Below are positions 1-12,224 of a stretch of 64,000 bases of DNA, in pieces. Source of the DNA: Peribolospora baueri (taxonomy: Eukaryota). The position numbers and the translations under genes are program-made. The DNA lies in NCBI GenBank assembly GCA_029717555.1, contig JAMDHS010000074.1:1-64000 (forward strand), read 5' to 3'. Each line of letters starts with the position of its first letter. Within the stretch, counting starts at the first letter, position 1. A model generated the notes under the pieces. The model ran no database searches. It saw only the letters and a program-made list of their open reading frames with translations, and had not been told where the DNA came from.

Positions 1-10
1 TTTTTTTTAG

Positions 11-1126
11 CACGGCTCTTTCGACGTGCCGTCCGCTCGTTACTACGCATCTCAAGTCCTTTCAACCATCGAATACATGCATCGGATGGGTGTCATACAT
101 CGAGACATCAAGCCGGAGAAGTGAGTTGGCCTCCCCGTCGACGCGACCTATCGTTTGGAGGCGTGCGAACGCTGATCTGATCGCCTCGATCCATCTCTCC
201 AAAGCATCCTCCTCGACTCGGAGATGCGCGTCAAGGTCACCGACTTTGGCTCGGCCAAGATCCTCAAATCCGCCAATGTCTCCCTTCCCGGCTCTGGAGC
301 GGCGACGCCCATGCCCGGACCGACGGTGCCGGCGACAGGCCCGATGGCCTCGGCCTCGGGCCCATCCTCCACCTTGACCGCCGCCCTTCAGCGCAGCTTG
401 CCGAATGACGAGACGCGCCCGCCCGCGCCCGCCGCCGCCGCCGCCGTCGCCGAGGAGCCCGAGAGGGCCAACTCTTTCGTAGGTACGGCCGAGTACGTCA
501 GCCCGGAGCTTTTGACGGAAAAGTCGGCTTGCAAGGCGTGAGTTTTTTTTGTCGTTGTTTCCCTCTGCCCTTCTCCTCTCCGGACGTCGCGTGCTGACCG
601 CTGGATCTGGCTGGCGGTCTTTCTCAGATCGGACTGGTGGGCGTTCGGATGCGTGCTCTATCAGATGCTCGCCGGTCGTCCGCCGTTCAAGGGCCCGAAC
701 GAGTACCAGACGTTTCAGAGGATCATCAAGCTCGACTATACCTTCCCGGACGGCTTTCCCCCGGAGGCGCGCGACCTGATCCAACGACTCCTCGTGCTCA
801 ACCCGGCAGAACGGTTGGGCGCCGGTCCGGACGGCGCGGCGGCTATCCGAGCACATCCCTTCTTCGCCGACGTGGACTGGAACGAGTTGTGGAAGATGCC
901 GCCGGTGCCGATCCGTACTGGCATCTACGAGCGTCCCAACCCCCCGCCCGGAGCGGCGTCCGTTGGTGGGGTGGTGGACAGCTTTGAGGCTTGGACGGCG
1001 GATCTGGTGAGCGAGGAGGGGAGCGAGGGACTGGAGGAGGAGGAGGGGAGCGAGGGACTGCTGCTGGAGGAGGAGGAGGAGGAGGAGGAGGAGCACGGTT
1101 TCTATGCCCAAAAGGCGGGTTCATAG
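11..1126 (+). CDS. PKH1: PDK1/Pkh-family Ser/Thr kinase, 3' part (5' exons lie outside the window)
   Basis: Spliced exons give HGSFDVPSARYYASQVLSTIEYMHRMGVIHRDIKPEN, ILLDSEMRVKVTDFGSAK, RANSFVGTAEYVSPELL, SDWWAFGCVLYQMLAGRPPFKGPNEYQTFQRI. The 3' end is uncertain: unspliced stop at 1126, or a GTGAGC donor at 1007 giving a stop at 1170 or 1275. Confidence 0.9.
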
Positions 1127-1576
1127 TGTCATCAAAGGGTTTTTGCTTGTTTTGTCGACAGCAGTGGTAGATTCGAGTCTGGCTCTGGCCGGGCTCGTAC
1201 GCGTTCCCGATCCAGATGCACGGCGAAGGCGACGGCGATGGCGACGGCGAGGATAACAAGCGGCCAGCCCCGTGACGTCTTTTCCCTTTCTTCTTCTTGA
1301 TTTTATTTTATTTTATTTTCCGCTCGCGTCCTGCTATCGCCCTTGCCCTTGCGCACACCACTGTGTAGTACAGCTCATCTTTCGAACATTGGGACACTAC
1401 GCGACGCTGAACCGACGACATTTACAATCTGTCAGTTGCCCTGCCCAGCCCTGCCCAGCCCTTCTGCCCTTCTTTGCCCTTGCTCTTGCTCCGGTGGCCA
1501 GGCGCGGTCAGTGACGGGCGCGGTAACGACGCCGGCCGCTTCGACGAGCCTTCCTTTCCTTTCCTTTCCTTACACC

Positions 1577-2103
1577 TGTTACGTCCGGACCGACAAGCAC
1601 CGGCCGAAGCCAATATGGACATCCAGCGGCAGAGAGGTCAATAAATCTCGAGCACTCATGGATGTGACCATCCAGACACCAGATGAGATGCCAAGCCTCC
1701 CAGTCCTCTCTCTGCCAGTACTTGCTCTGTCGCACGTCGCACGTGTTGTCCACGCGAGCCTGGGAATTCCGTGATCAACATCGCCACTCCCACGTGTTCG
1801 GCTTTATGCTCGCACCTCGGATCCGGCTTTCTTGGTGTCTCAGTTGTTACTCATTATCTTCAAAGTTAATTTAAATTTGGCATATTACTAATCTTATGTG
1901 TCACTCAAGGAATCTCCAGCTTCGACTCTAGGCAGATCGAGCAGGCTCCGCTCTGCTCCCACTATATATAACTAGCTACTCCCCATTCGTGTGAATTTTT
2001 CTCTTCCTCTCTTTTCTTACTTGTCCCCTAGTCTTACCTCGATCTCGATAGCCTCTCTCGTCACACGTTAACTCACCTTTACCTTGCCCAGCCCCCTGTT
2101 ACA
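1577..2103. mobile_element. Solo LTR of an LTR retrotransposon (527 bp)
   Basis: Begins TGTTACG, ends TGTTACA (TG...CA). Flanked by a perfect 5-bp direct repeat ACACC (1572-1576 and 2104-2108). AT-richer than its flanks, with TATATATAA at 1963-1971. Confidence 0.8.
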
Positions 2104-2893
2104 ACACCTTTCCATCATGTCCTGCCCGCGAACCGATGGTGCTTCCTCTGAACGCTCGCACTGAGAGACGAGCGGCATTTGACGCCGCCTTATCAACGTG
2201 CTCTTCCCTTCTTTAACTCTCTCAGCGATTCTTCCGCCACTTACCGCTCACACTCGCTTCGCTTCCCTGCCGTTGTGCGACAGGAGCGATTCGAGAGAGT
2301 GGGTTTCCCCAAATTATCAGGTCACTCTTCCTTCTCTCTCTCTCTCGCTTTCTCTCTTTCTATCGGCACTCGCCACCTCTCTCGCTTCCGCTGTCATTTT
2401 CTGTTTGCGGCGATGATGACCTTTCCGTCTCTCTGGATTGCGGTCCCGTCTGCATAGATCGTTTCTTCATGTACGGTCTAGAATGTTCACTGAATGTTCG
2501 CCGAGTCCCTTTGATGCTTTCCCTCTCGGATCACTCCCGTCCTTTCGGGTGCGGTGCGAGTTCTGAACCGAGCGCCGGTCCTCTGAGTAGTTAGAGACGC
2601 TCGAATCTGGTCGTTCAGGTCACGGGACATCCCATTATAAAAACCGTAGCGAGTCCATACGGACTGAGCCGACGAGGTTTGACCGAGCTCGAAGGAGGAA
2701 CAGAGAAGCCTCGAGATGGGGGGAAAGAGGGTATGTCGAGAGGAGGAAAAAAAAAGCGTATGTGACAAGGAAGTCGGAGTTTCAATAGAGCGTCGGAAAC
2801 GAGAAGGAAAGAAGCTGTGAGAGAAGGTGGTCAGAAAGCAAGGAGTGTACAACAGCTCTTGGGAGTGACTGGCAGGTTTGCGCATTCCATGGG

Positions 2894-3897
2894 TCACTCA
2901 AAACGCCAACTGATGCCGACGATGCCCTCGGCGAGGCCGGCCAGACGGGCGAATGCCCCCTTGCTGAGGTCAAGCGAGCCCCAGCCGCAACCGGGGCACT
3001 GCGATCGTCGAAGAGGGAAGAGGCAAAGTCGAAAGAGTCCATCACGGTCAGAACGAAGGAATTGTGCCGCTGCCCACGAGACTCGCTACACCCCGGAGCC
3101 CACGACGTTCTCTCGACGTCGAGGTCAAGCAAGTCGCACTCAGCCTCACCTTGTCGGCGACGACGGCGGTAATCGATTTGCCACCCGACGTGATGAGAAC
3201 CTTTTTACCGCAACTGCCAGCGAACTGGGCGGGATTGACAGCGACTGAAGGAAACATTGCGTAGCGATACCGTGTAAGTATGAAATAAGGGGGAAAGAAG
3301 GGCAGACGCCCAGGCTACTCATGAGACTCGAGAGGACCTCCACTCACCGATGGTGTCCCAGTCGCTGTGGACTCTCCCGCATGCTCCAACCCCGCCGCCC
3401 TGCGGATACCACGACCCTCGACCTGAGAAAAGACAATGTGAACGAGTGAGCGCGGGCAGACCCGGTGAGGGATCCGAGCCATGACAAGAGACATGGCTAG
3501 CGAGTCTGACGCGCTCACCGCGGAACAAGCCCCATCTCGGCTCCATCGCAGGCTCAACCTCGTCTGGGACCGGTAATCCTTCCGCAGCAGGGGGAATCCT
3601 TCCTTCAAGAGCTCCATGCGTTTCGACACGAGGAACTGGGTCTCCGAATTCGTGTTCGGCGGTGGCTCTCTTTTCCTCCCAAATGGCCCTAGACTCGTCC
3701 TCCGGGACGGAGGGTTCGGGCTCACCGAGGTGGAGGGATTGAGCGAGTGGCTGGGCCCTCTCGACGGGATCTGCACCCGCAGACTGCCAGCGCACAAGGA
3801 CTGAAGTCGAAAGCGGAACGATCGGAGCCGGAGAGACAGAGTTGGTGGCGGCGAGTACGACCGCCGCGACGGCCAGAACAGAAACTAGACGAGGCAT
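2894..3897 (-). CDS. Secreted RlpA-like double-psi beta-barrel (expansin/loosenin-like) protein
   Basis: Signal peptide MPRLVSVLAVAAVVLAA. Spliced domain GRGSWYPQGGGVGACG, AVNPAQFAGSCGKKVLITSGGKSITAVVADK, CPGCGWGSLDLSKGAFARLAGLAEGIVGISWRFE*. Confidence 0.9.
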
Positions 3898-5129
3898 GGA
3901 GGGCAATTTGGAGCGAGTGAGTCGATGGAGAGTTGAGATAGGTTGAGCAAAGCAAGGAGGTGTGCCGAGTGGACGGGTTGCAGTGTGCAAGGGTCGGTGG
4001 CTGCAGAGAAGTGCTCGCCTTCGTGGTCAGCTGGTCGACAGGGTGCGGTGATCGTTGTGTCGATCAATTTGCGTGCAAACGTCGCCGTCTTTAACAGCGA
4101 TGGGGTGGCGAACGTTGACGGGGACCTGCCGGTCAAGGGGCCAAAGAAGGGAGCGTCGGTTTAAAGGAGTGACGGCTTCCGGGCTAGGAAGGTTGGGGTG
4201 GGACGACGAGAAGATGGAGGTCAGAGCCAAAAGTGAGATGGAGAGATGGAGGTGGAAAAGGTTAGACCGGTGGCCTTTTTGAAGCAGACTCGTCGATGCC
4301 CGCGGAGGACAGGGGCGTGTTCGCCTTTGCGCCTGCCGAAATGCCGAATGTGCCACCGGTGGAACCTGAGGTCAGCTAACAACTTGGCATAAAAACTCGA
4401 CGTTTCCAATGAAGTCACCATAGAATGAGTGAGAATCAGTCGTTTCAAGCTTCGGCACGCAGTTGGGGATCAGGACAGGACGAAAGGGACACGTCCTCTC
4501 CGCTCATGTTGGAGTAGGACCTACACCGGAGTTGAGCTCGAAAAAACAAACCCACAGTTGGCACGGGTAAAGACAACAAGACGGCACAAACCTCCAGTGC
4601 CGAATGCCGTCGGCACAACTCTCCAATGGCAGTGGCCAATGGCGATCTCACTCGCGCATCGTATTGGCCGGCTCCCCAAAGGCGGGGGAACGAGGACGAG
4701 GATTGGGGTGGACGCGACATGACCCATCCGAAGGGCCGACACCCAACCAGTCGCTACCGCCAGTAGTGACCGAGTAGAAACTGCTCAAACGTCCCAGCCG
4801 CTGCCCCAGTCCACTTTTCCCTTTGTACTGGGGTGGTTCCAGTTGAAGTTCAAGTTGGATGTTGGTAGTGACCGATGCCTTCCAACTGGCTCATGCCTTG
4901 CCCCGCCCGCGTCTTGGACGCGAGCACGATCGGGCCGCACGTGACCACGTGGCTTCGCGGAGCCAGCCCGATCGCGGCGGGCGATCACTTGATCGGGCAG
5001 GCATCGGTTGGGCGAGAACGGCAACGAAACATCAGCAATCAAGTCGGTCGCCCAAGCACAGAAATCATTGACGTTGGGCCTCCTTTCCGTACGTCGAGCC
5101 GCCGGCTCTGGGCCTATTGTAAAAGGAAT

Positions 5130-7319
5130 ATGCCTCTTCAGACGCAACGACTCGACGCCTGTTTGGACGAGGTGAGTTAGTTGTTTGCTGTTTGCCTGCC
5201 TGCCTGAACCTCGACGTCCGAGCTACGTCGTACGCAGCACGACGGCGTTTCACTTGGGAGCATATCTGGCTCAACCGTTCCATTCGTCTTGTTTGGTTGT
5301 GGTCCTTTGAATTGTTAGCTTCTCTCTCCTCGCCGGTCCTCGTCGCAACTCGTACAGCTCGTAAAGAAACTCGAACGACTGTTGTTTGTCGAGGCCTTTG
5401 CGAGGGAGAAGCATAGAGAACGGCAGGAGCAGGAGCTGTGGCTGGCTGATAGTCAAAATGCCGCTCCGGCCCCGAACGGGAAGGTATTTTTGGATGTGGT
5501 GCTTGAGGAGCATAGGGACGTGCTAGCCAGGAAGGGGCTGGATGGTGAGTCTCAAAAAGGCGTTGGATGTCGTGCTCGAATCCAAATCGTTGGTGGTGAC
5601 AACGAGCAGGACGCGGCTTATATTCTCTTGCCATCCATGATTTCTGTCCAGTCACTCGGGCCCTTCTGTCGAGGCTGCTTCGTGTACACGCTCAACTCGA
5701 AGCCAGAAAACTCTTTGACTCATGTAACTCGGCCAACACGGGGGGAGACAAGGCGAAAGATCGCTCGCGCCATCAGGGTCTTGAGGAGATGGACGCATGC
5801 ATCGTGCTTTTGCAAGGACTGTGTCTTTGTCACCACGAGAGCAAAGAGCACCTGAGCAGACGCGGACCAATGGACGTAAGCGTGCATGGCTCGATTGCGC
5901 GCATCCGTCAAAAGGCATCTCCCTGACGTTCATCCGCCTTCCTGTTTTGGACCGCTCTGCTTTCAGCTACTCCTCAGCTTGTTGGAAGCCCTATCAACTT
6001 TGCCCGATACCACAGCATCTACAGAGCAACCGGCCACAAAGGAGGTATACCGCGCTGCGCGCGCTCGATCGTCGGACGTCGCACACGGTGAAACGCACGC
6101 AAGAACCACGTTATACCGCTCGAGACGTGCTTCCGAGGCGTCGGCACGTCCCACGGGACAGCGGACAGGCAAAGAGGAATCTCCAGCCGTACACAGAGCC
6201 CCCACGATCTGTCCTACTCTGCCCAGTCAAGTCCTGACCGCCATCTTGGACCTGCTTCTGTGCATCCTCGTGGACTCTCCACCAGCCATGAGGACCTTTG
6301 AGAAAATCGGAGGTCTCGAGACCGTTGTAGGCGCTCTCAGGCTCAGTAGCTCGGTTGTGCAACGGCCGGAAAAGGAGGAGCGCGGATCCGATGCGAGTGC
6401 GTCGGAACGGGGGACGGTCACGCAAGCGAACAAGGACGTCTCCATCAAGTGTTTGGAGTTCCTCTTCTTCTATCTCTTGCCAGAGGGTCAGTCCCCTCCC
6501 GAGGGGCCTGTGCCACTTTCCAGCAACCATTTCCAACCTCGTCTAACAACCCGCGAAGGCCATCGTCCTCGCCACGAGATGCCTCCTCCATTCGGAGCCA
6601 CCGCCGCAGGGTCAGACAAGGCGTCCCGAGGAACGTCTCTGTCCCCGCAGTTAATGAATTCCATGGAAGTAGAGCTGAGCGACATCCGCGCCAAGGTCAT
6701 CGTCACCCCTCAACACGAATCACAGCGTCCGCGCGTGCGCGAGGATCAAGTCCGACGGTCTAGCCCGCTCGTCGAGAGACAGAATCTGTCGCCTCAAGAC
6801 GTATTCAACGTTGGCTTAGGAACGCCTCACCGCAAGCCGGTCCATTGCGCATCGCTAGCGCCGCTCGTCAAGCGCGGTGTCGAAGGTGGACAAGATCCGT
6901 CTATACGCAGCCCCGCTCGCACGCTCCGGGAGCTCCACAGGCGTCGCCTCTCCTCCCTTTCCGTCTCCAATTCCGTCCCTACCTCAGGCTCTCCATCGGC
7001 CTCGCTCGCAGCCACGCCGTGCCCCCCAGAGAACAAAAAGTACTCTTGTACCCCTGGATCCGCTCCACCCACCACCGCTCGCCCCCGCATCGGCGTGGGT
7101 ACGCCTTCCAAAGCGAGGACACGCCGTCGGGGCAGTGCGGGAGGTGTCGACGGTGCTGGCGCTGCCGGACTTCTCAAAGTCAAGGTCACACGGACGACGG
7201 AAGAGAAAAAGGCTCTGTTGGGGGAATGGCTAGGAAATGTTGACGCACTTGTCAGAGGCCTCGAGGAGGCGGGCGCGGCGGGGCTATGTGCCGCCGTTAG
7301 CAATGTGGGCTGTGTATGA
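5130..7319 (+). CDS. cdc14: Cdc14 septation-initiation-network component (S. pombe-type, not the phosphatase)
   Basis: Exon 1 MPLQTQRLDACLDE|GTGAGT. Motifs LLQGLCLCHHESK, LDLLLCILVDSPPAMRTFEKIGGL, KCLEFLFFYL, RTTEEKKALLGEWLGNVDALV match my recollection of this family. Confidence 0.8.
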
Positions 7320-7936
7320 ACGTGATCTCTTCCCCTTCCTCTTGTTCTCTCTTCCTTCGCACTCTTGGACAATGACTGGAACGCTACCTTCATGAACGAC
7401 TTTACTCGACCTCTCACTCCCACTCCCGGTCGACACGACTGTACTTCTTTACGTTATTCGACGTCCTCATGGTGTTACGCCTAGTCTCATTTTTTTGCCT
7501 CTTCATTCTGCATCGTTGTTGTACTCGGAACGTCTTTCTTCACGAACATTCCCCACGAGAATAGGTTCAACCAGGCGATCTAACCTTATCGTGGAGCAAG
7601 CGCATCGGAGAGGCCAAGTGACGTCAGTTGTCTTCGTCGTTTGGGACGATATGGGCATGGCAGGAGAACACGACATTTCATGGATATCACCAAATGACTG
7701 ACAGACTCCCAATGAGAACGAGATTGTGCGGTAATTTACAGTTGAGAATGTGCGTGGAGACATATCCTGAGGTGACGGCTTTGGTAACACTGTTCTGCAG
7801 AAACACTTCGAAAATCGGCAATATTTTGGAAGGACAAAGAGGAAACCGGGAGGCGAATATAGACAAACGAGCCATCTTGGAGGCACCACATTGAATGTCT
7901 TGACAAATGCAAGCGAGTGGAATAGTGCCCATGTTC

Positions 7937-10900
7937 TCAGAACCTGTTGAAAACGAAGCGGAGGTGTCGTCAGCGCAAAACTGTTATTCATAGTAAAAAG
8001 AGGATGACACTCACGAGAAGAGAGCGCCCCGCAGCTTCGGGATGGGGTAGACGATGAGAGAAGACATGAACAGGCCCACTGTGGAAGCAAAAAAAAGTCG
8101 TCTGTCAGCTTATAATACGAAGAGATCCTCTCAGGCAAACAGCGGGGAGACGCACTGGTGATTCCGATGACGACGGACAGCATCCTTAGACTGATGAACA
8201 CCTCTGACGAGAATCCGCTCGGCGAGTCGTCCGCCCGAGACAAGGTCAATCCACCAGCGACCGCCAGGTTACCGGGAACGAGGACAAGCACACCAGCAAG
8301 CATGCTAGGGAATGCACTGCCTCGGCCGAAGCGGGAATACAAGTTGCCCATGATGCCGATGACAAACGACCCTACGGCGCTGGTGATCTCTGCTCGATTG
8401 CCGATGTGCTGAGAGACGATCCAGACGGCCGCCTCGCTTGCACAGCAGATAAAGAGCGCAATAGGGAGCTGGGAGAAGAACAAAGGGAATGTGCATGGGA
8501 GAGGTCAGCCACAAGAATCAAGAATACACATCCCTCGACTCGCATTGTTTGGCGAACACCACCTAACCTACCTCTCTTGATGTCAGTCTCGTCCGATAAT
8601 ACAAGGAAAGGAAGAGCGAGAACCCGGGTATGAACAACAGTTTCCACCAGAGCGATGGGGTTTGTTGATACCATGGCCACGCTGCATCGCGGTAACAAAC
8701 GATATGACCCGCCTCCAGAGCGGAGCTGGTCGTGTTGGCGAAAGTGAAAGTGCCTTGGTCAACTGCGCCAAGGGGGGAGCTGGAGTTAAGTGCTGCGAAG
8801 GTGCCGTGGATGGACACCATGGTTGCGGTCCCCTTTTCGGCGGCCGGAATATGCTCGTGTGACAGAGGGTAGATGGCAGTGAAAGCATCATAACCTGTGA
8901 AAATGTGAAATAAACGGGATCCTTGTGAGACACATCAGACCAGGTCACCGTCACAGGCCCACAAATGCTTACCAAGGGTGATGCCGAAGCCAAGAAAGAG
9001 ACTGTAAACGACTGCGTAAAGCATGCGCACCGAGCCCGCCACAACGTTCTTAGATGCCAGCTCCAGCGCGCCAAAAACTATTTTGCCAAAAGACAACATC
9101 TTGAATGAGCCTGGAGGCATCCTTGAGTGCGCATACCAGAAAGAAAGGGAATGACTTACGAATGGAATAACCAGGCAAGAGGATCACTAGCCCTCCGGCG
9201 ACAACGCTCTCGAAGCAGAAGTGACCCGTGGAAGCGAGGCCTTGTGCGATAAAGGAGACACTAAAGGCGGCGAAAACCTCATAGACGTAGGAAAACAGTG
9301 GGTTCTTCACAGCAATCCTGACCTCTGGTGACGGCGGTGGTAGATGAAGCAAGAAGAAGTAAGCAAATGAAGCGTAAAGAACAGAGCTCTCACATTAGGG
9401 CCCCGGGGGGGGGGGGTGGGTTAGCATAGTAGACTTGTACTTACGAAGACCTATAACTATGAAGCCAAGAACACCAGCCACGATAATATCTAGAAAACTG
9501 GCAGTGAAAGCGTATCCAGATCCGAACATGCTGCATAGGCCGCCGAAAACACAAGTAATGAATTGTCCATAGCACGGCGGTCGTTTGCTGAGCTCTTTGA
9601 TAGCTATGGCACCTTCCTCAGCGGACATCTCGTCGTGAATAACCTTGCGGTAAATCTGCCAGGCAAATAAAAAAGGAGCCCGACGTCAGTAAGATGAGGG
9701 TCGTCTTTAACAGAGCAAACTTTTTTTTTTTCCTCAGCTTGCTTACCGAATGAAGCTCTAGGAGTTTCTCCACATCCGGATCGGCAGCGCCTTGCTTGAC
9801 AAAATGCGTCGAGCTCGTGTGCGTATCGGGGTCACCGAACGACACGATGAGGATGGAAGGAAAGTAGAAGAATTGCGCATCGATGTCGAGTACCTTTGCG
9901 GCCGCGGAGAGCTGCGCCTCGATGCGATGCGATGGGGCACCGTGCGTCATGAGCGCTCGACCGAGGCGGAGGACAAAGTTCTGCCTCTGGAGTATGGCGG
10001 CAATGTGCATCGTGATGAAAATCTCCCGCTGCCGTTTCCGCGCGCGAGCTTTTGCCCGCCTCCAGTCAGGGGTGTTCCGACCGCTGTGGAGCGGCGTGAA
10101 CGCCGACGAGGAGCCGCGACGACCACCGCCGCCGCGCTCGAGGTCCAGATCCAGGACTGAACCGCCGAGCGTTGCGGAGCCTATGCTCCTTAGACGAGAG
10201 AGGACGCTTGGCCTCCGCCCTCGATGCTGAAAGAGCCCATCATTGGTTCCAGTGGAAGAGACAGACGAGGCCCGCGAACGCCGACGCCAGGAGGACGCAA
10301 AGGACGGCCTCCCCTCTTCTTCCGCTCCGCGATATTGGCTGAGATCATTGAGCGAACGCGAGTGGTGTACCGGTCGTCTGGACGCCTCCGTCAACTCGCC
10401 TTCGTCGTCGCCATCGTTGGCGGGTAAGCACCACTGAGTGTTAGTAGCGCCGCCCAAGGGCGGAGTGTAAGGAGATGAGTATTTGGAGAGTGCGTGGCCG
10501 CCACGAAAAGGGTCGGGACCGATGGACGCCGCCTCGGGACTGGCTACTGCCATCAAATTGCCTGTCGTGGCCATGAGAGCACTAATAGCCGGTAGAGCCG
10601 GACGGTTGGAAGCAACTGCGTGTAAGTTTCGCGACGCGGCCTGGGAGAGACCGTTGAGTGAGGGAGCCTTCCTGCGCAGAGTGTGGGGCAGCGCGCCGAT
10701 AGAGGCCGCGACCTCGGTGGCGCCGGCTCCTAGAGAGTGACGTCGAGAGAAGGAATCCGCCTTCGTGCGCAACCTGGAGAGACGGCGACCTCGTATCGAG
10801 CCATGGACCCTCCGTCTCGTAAACCGCCCATCAGGATCGTCATCGTACTGCGTGTCCCTCGACGTCTGCAGCTCCAGCGAGTCAGTCGTCATCGACGGCA

Positions 10901-12224
10901 GACTGCCCTTTCGGAAATCCTTGGCCTTCGAAGACACGGTCCGTGCAGCCACGGTCGCCTCTGACGACCCGTTGCTCGGCTCTGGGCTGAGGATAGCGCC
11001 CCTCGCCGCATTTCTGTCGCTGAACGAAAGATGGTTTGGAGCGGAGGGGGGACCATTGCGCTCCAGTCCGCCATGGCTACCGCGGTAAAGGAGGAGCAGA
11101 TTGGCCAGAACGCTCTGCGAAGACGTAATCTCCTCCTCCTCGGCACCGAACCTCGCCACTCCGAGCCGGTCCGCGTCGGCTTCGGCGGCGAGCACGGCTT
11201 GCTCAAACTCGTACAGCTGCCGAATCTGACGAGCCTGTTCGGCGGAAGTTGGACGCTCGAAGCGGACGGATGGGAGTTCGTAACGATGGTGGGCCTGCGG
11301 GAAGGGGACGCTGTTGGTGCCGCAGGTAATTGATGTTGGGTCTACGTCTTCCTCCGCCAAGACGGCATTCGCCTGTACTTCCGCTTCTTCCATTCCGTCC
11401 AACACCCTATGATTGTTACGGTGGGTGCCGAAGAGGCGACGCACTCGTTCAGCGAAACCTCTCCTGGGTCGCCGCTCTTCATTTACCTCCACTTGTGCCT
11501 TCACCGCCATCGACGTTCCCGCCGCGTCGTCGCCCTCGTTGATCCTGGTCCGGCTGCTATGAGGAGAGCCGCCATGAGTGGCCCTTTCGCTACCGGTGAT
11601 GATCTCCCCATGCTCGTCGTCAGTGAGCTTCTCAAAGTTGTTCGACGTCCGAGCGCGCCAGTCGAAATACCGCCCGCCGTGGCCGCCAGGGTCCGGGGGA
11701 GAGAAGCGTTCAGTGTCAGGGTAGATCGATGCGCCACCGGACCAAGGGTTGACGAAGGTAACCTGTGAAGGCCTCCTGCGTGGGGTGCGATCCCGGTTGC
11801 GGCTATACAGGCTGGTGTCGTCTTCTGGGTGGACGTGGTAGTTTCGATCAGTCGCATCCGGGTCGTGCAACGATTCGGCAGACGAAGCTGGAGAAGCCTT
11901 GGAACGTCGGCGGCCTCGATAATCCAGGAGAGGAAGATTGCGAGCCGGAAAGTGGAGTGGATCGATGTGGGTGGAATCTGAGTGCACGCTCGCATGGCGA
12001 CGACCAGATGAAACGTAGTAGGGGTTGTTGGTATTTGCCTGAGGGACGGATTGATAGGGTGTGGTTAGATGATTGGTGGAGGAGGTTACTCTCCTGACCG
12101 ACCTGCTCCTCGTATCTGTCGAGGCCAAGCTGTCCCTTCGCGTCGCTGACCCAGAATTGTTGGTCCAAGGCTCAGGAGACGGAGCCCGGCTTCCGCGCAG
12201 ATTCGCGTCGAACGAACGTCTCAT
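7937..12224 (-). CDS. PRM10: Pheromone-regulated membrane protein 10 / ThrE-family exporter with long disordered N-terminus
   Basis: EIFITMHIAAILQRQNFVLRLGRALMTHGAPSHRIEAQL, GGLVILLPGY, GALELASKNVVAGSVRMLYAVVYSLFLGFG, SAVGSFVIGIMGNLYSR, ending LFSF*. Start uncertain. Confidence 0.88.

Noticed and set aside
62..1111. 349-aa minus-strand ORF and many other long antisense/shadow ORFs (e.g. 28958-30028, 53353-54363, 60468-61400)
   Set aside because: They overlap well-supported genes on the opposite strand, are expected from high GC3, and show no family motifs.
5130..7319. Calling this the Cdc14 phosphatase
   Set aside because: No HCxxGxxR motif seen. The motifs fit the unrelated SIN component.
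7937..12224. PRM10 as a sign of a mating-type locus
   Set aside because: No pheromone precursor, STE3 receptor or homeodomain genes seen in the window.
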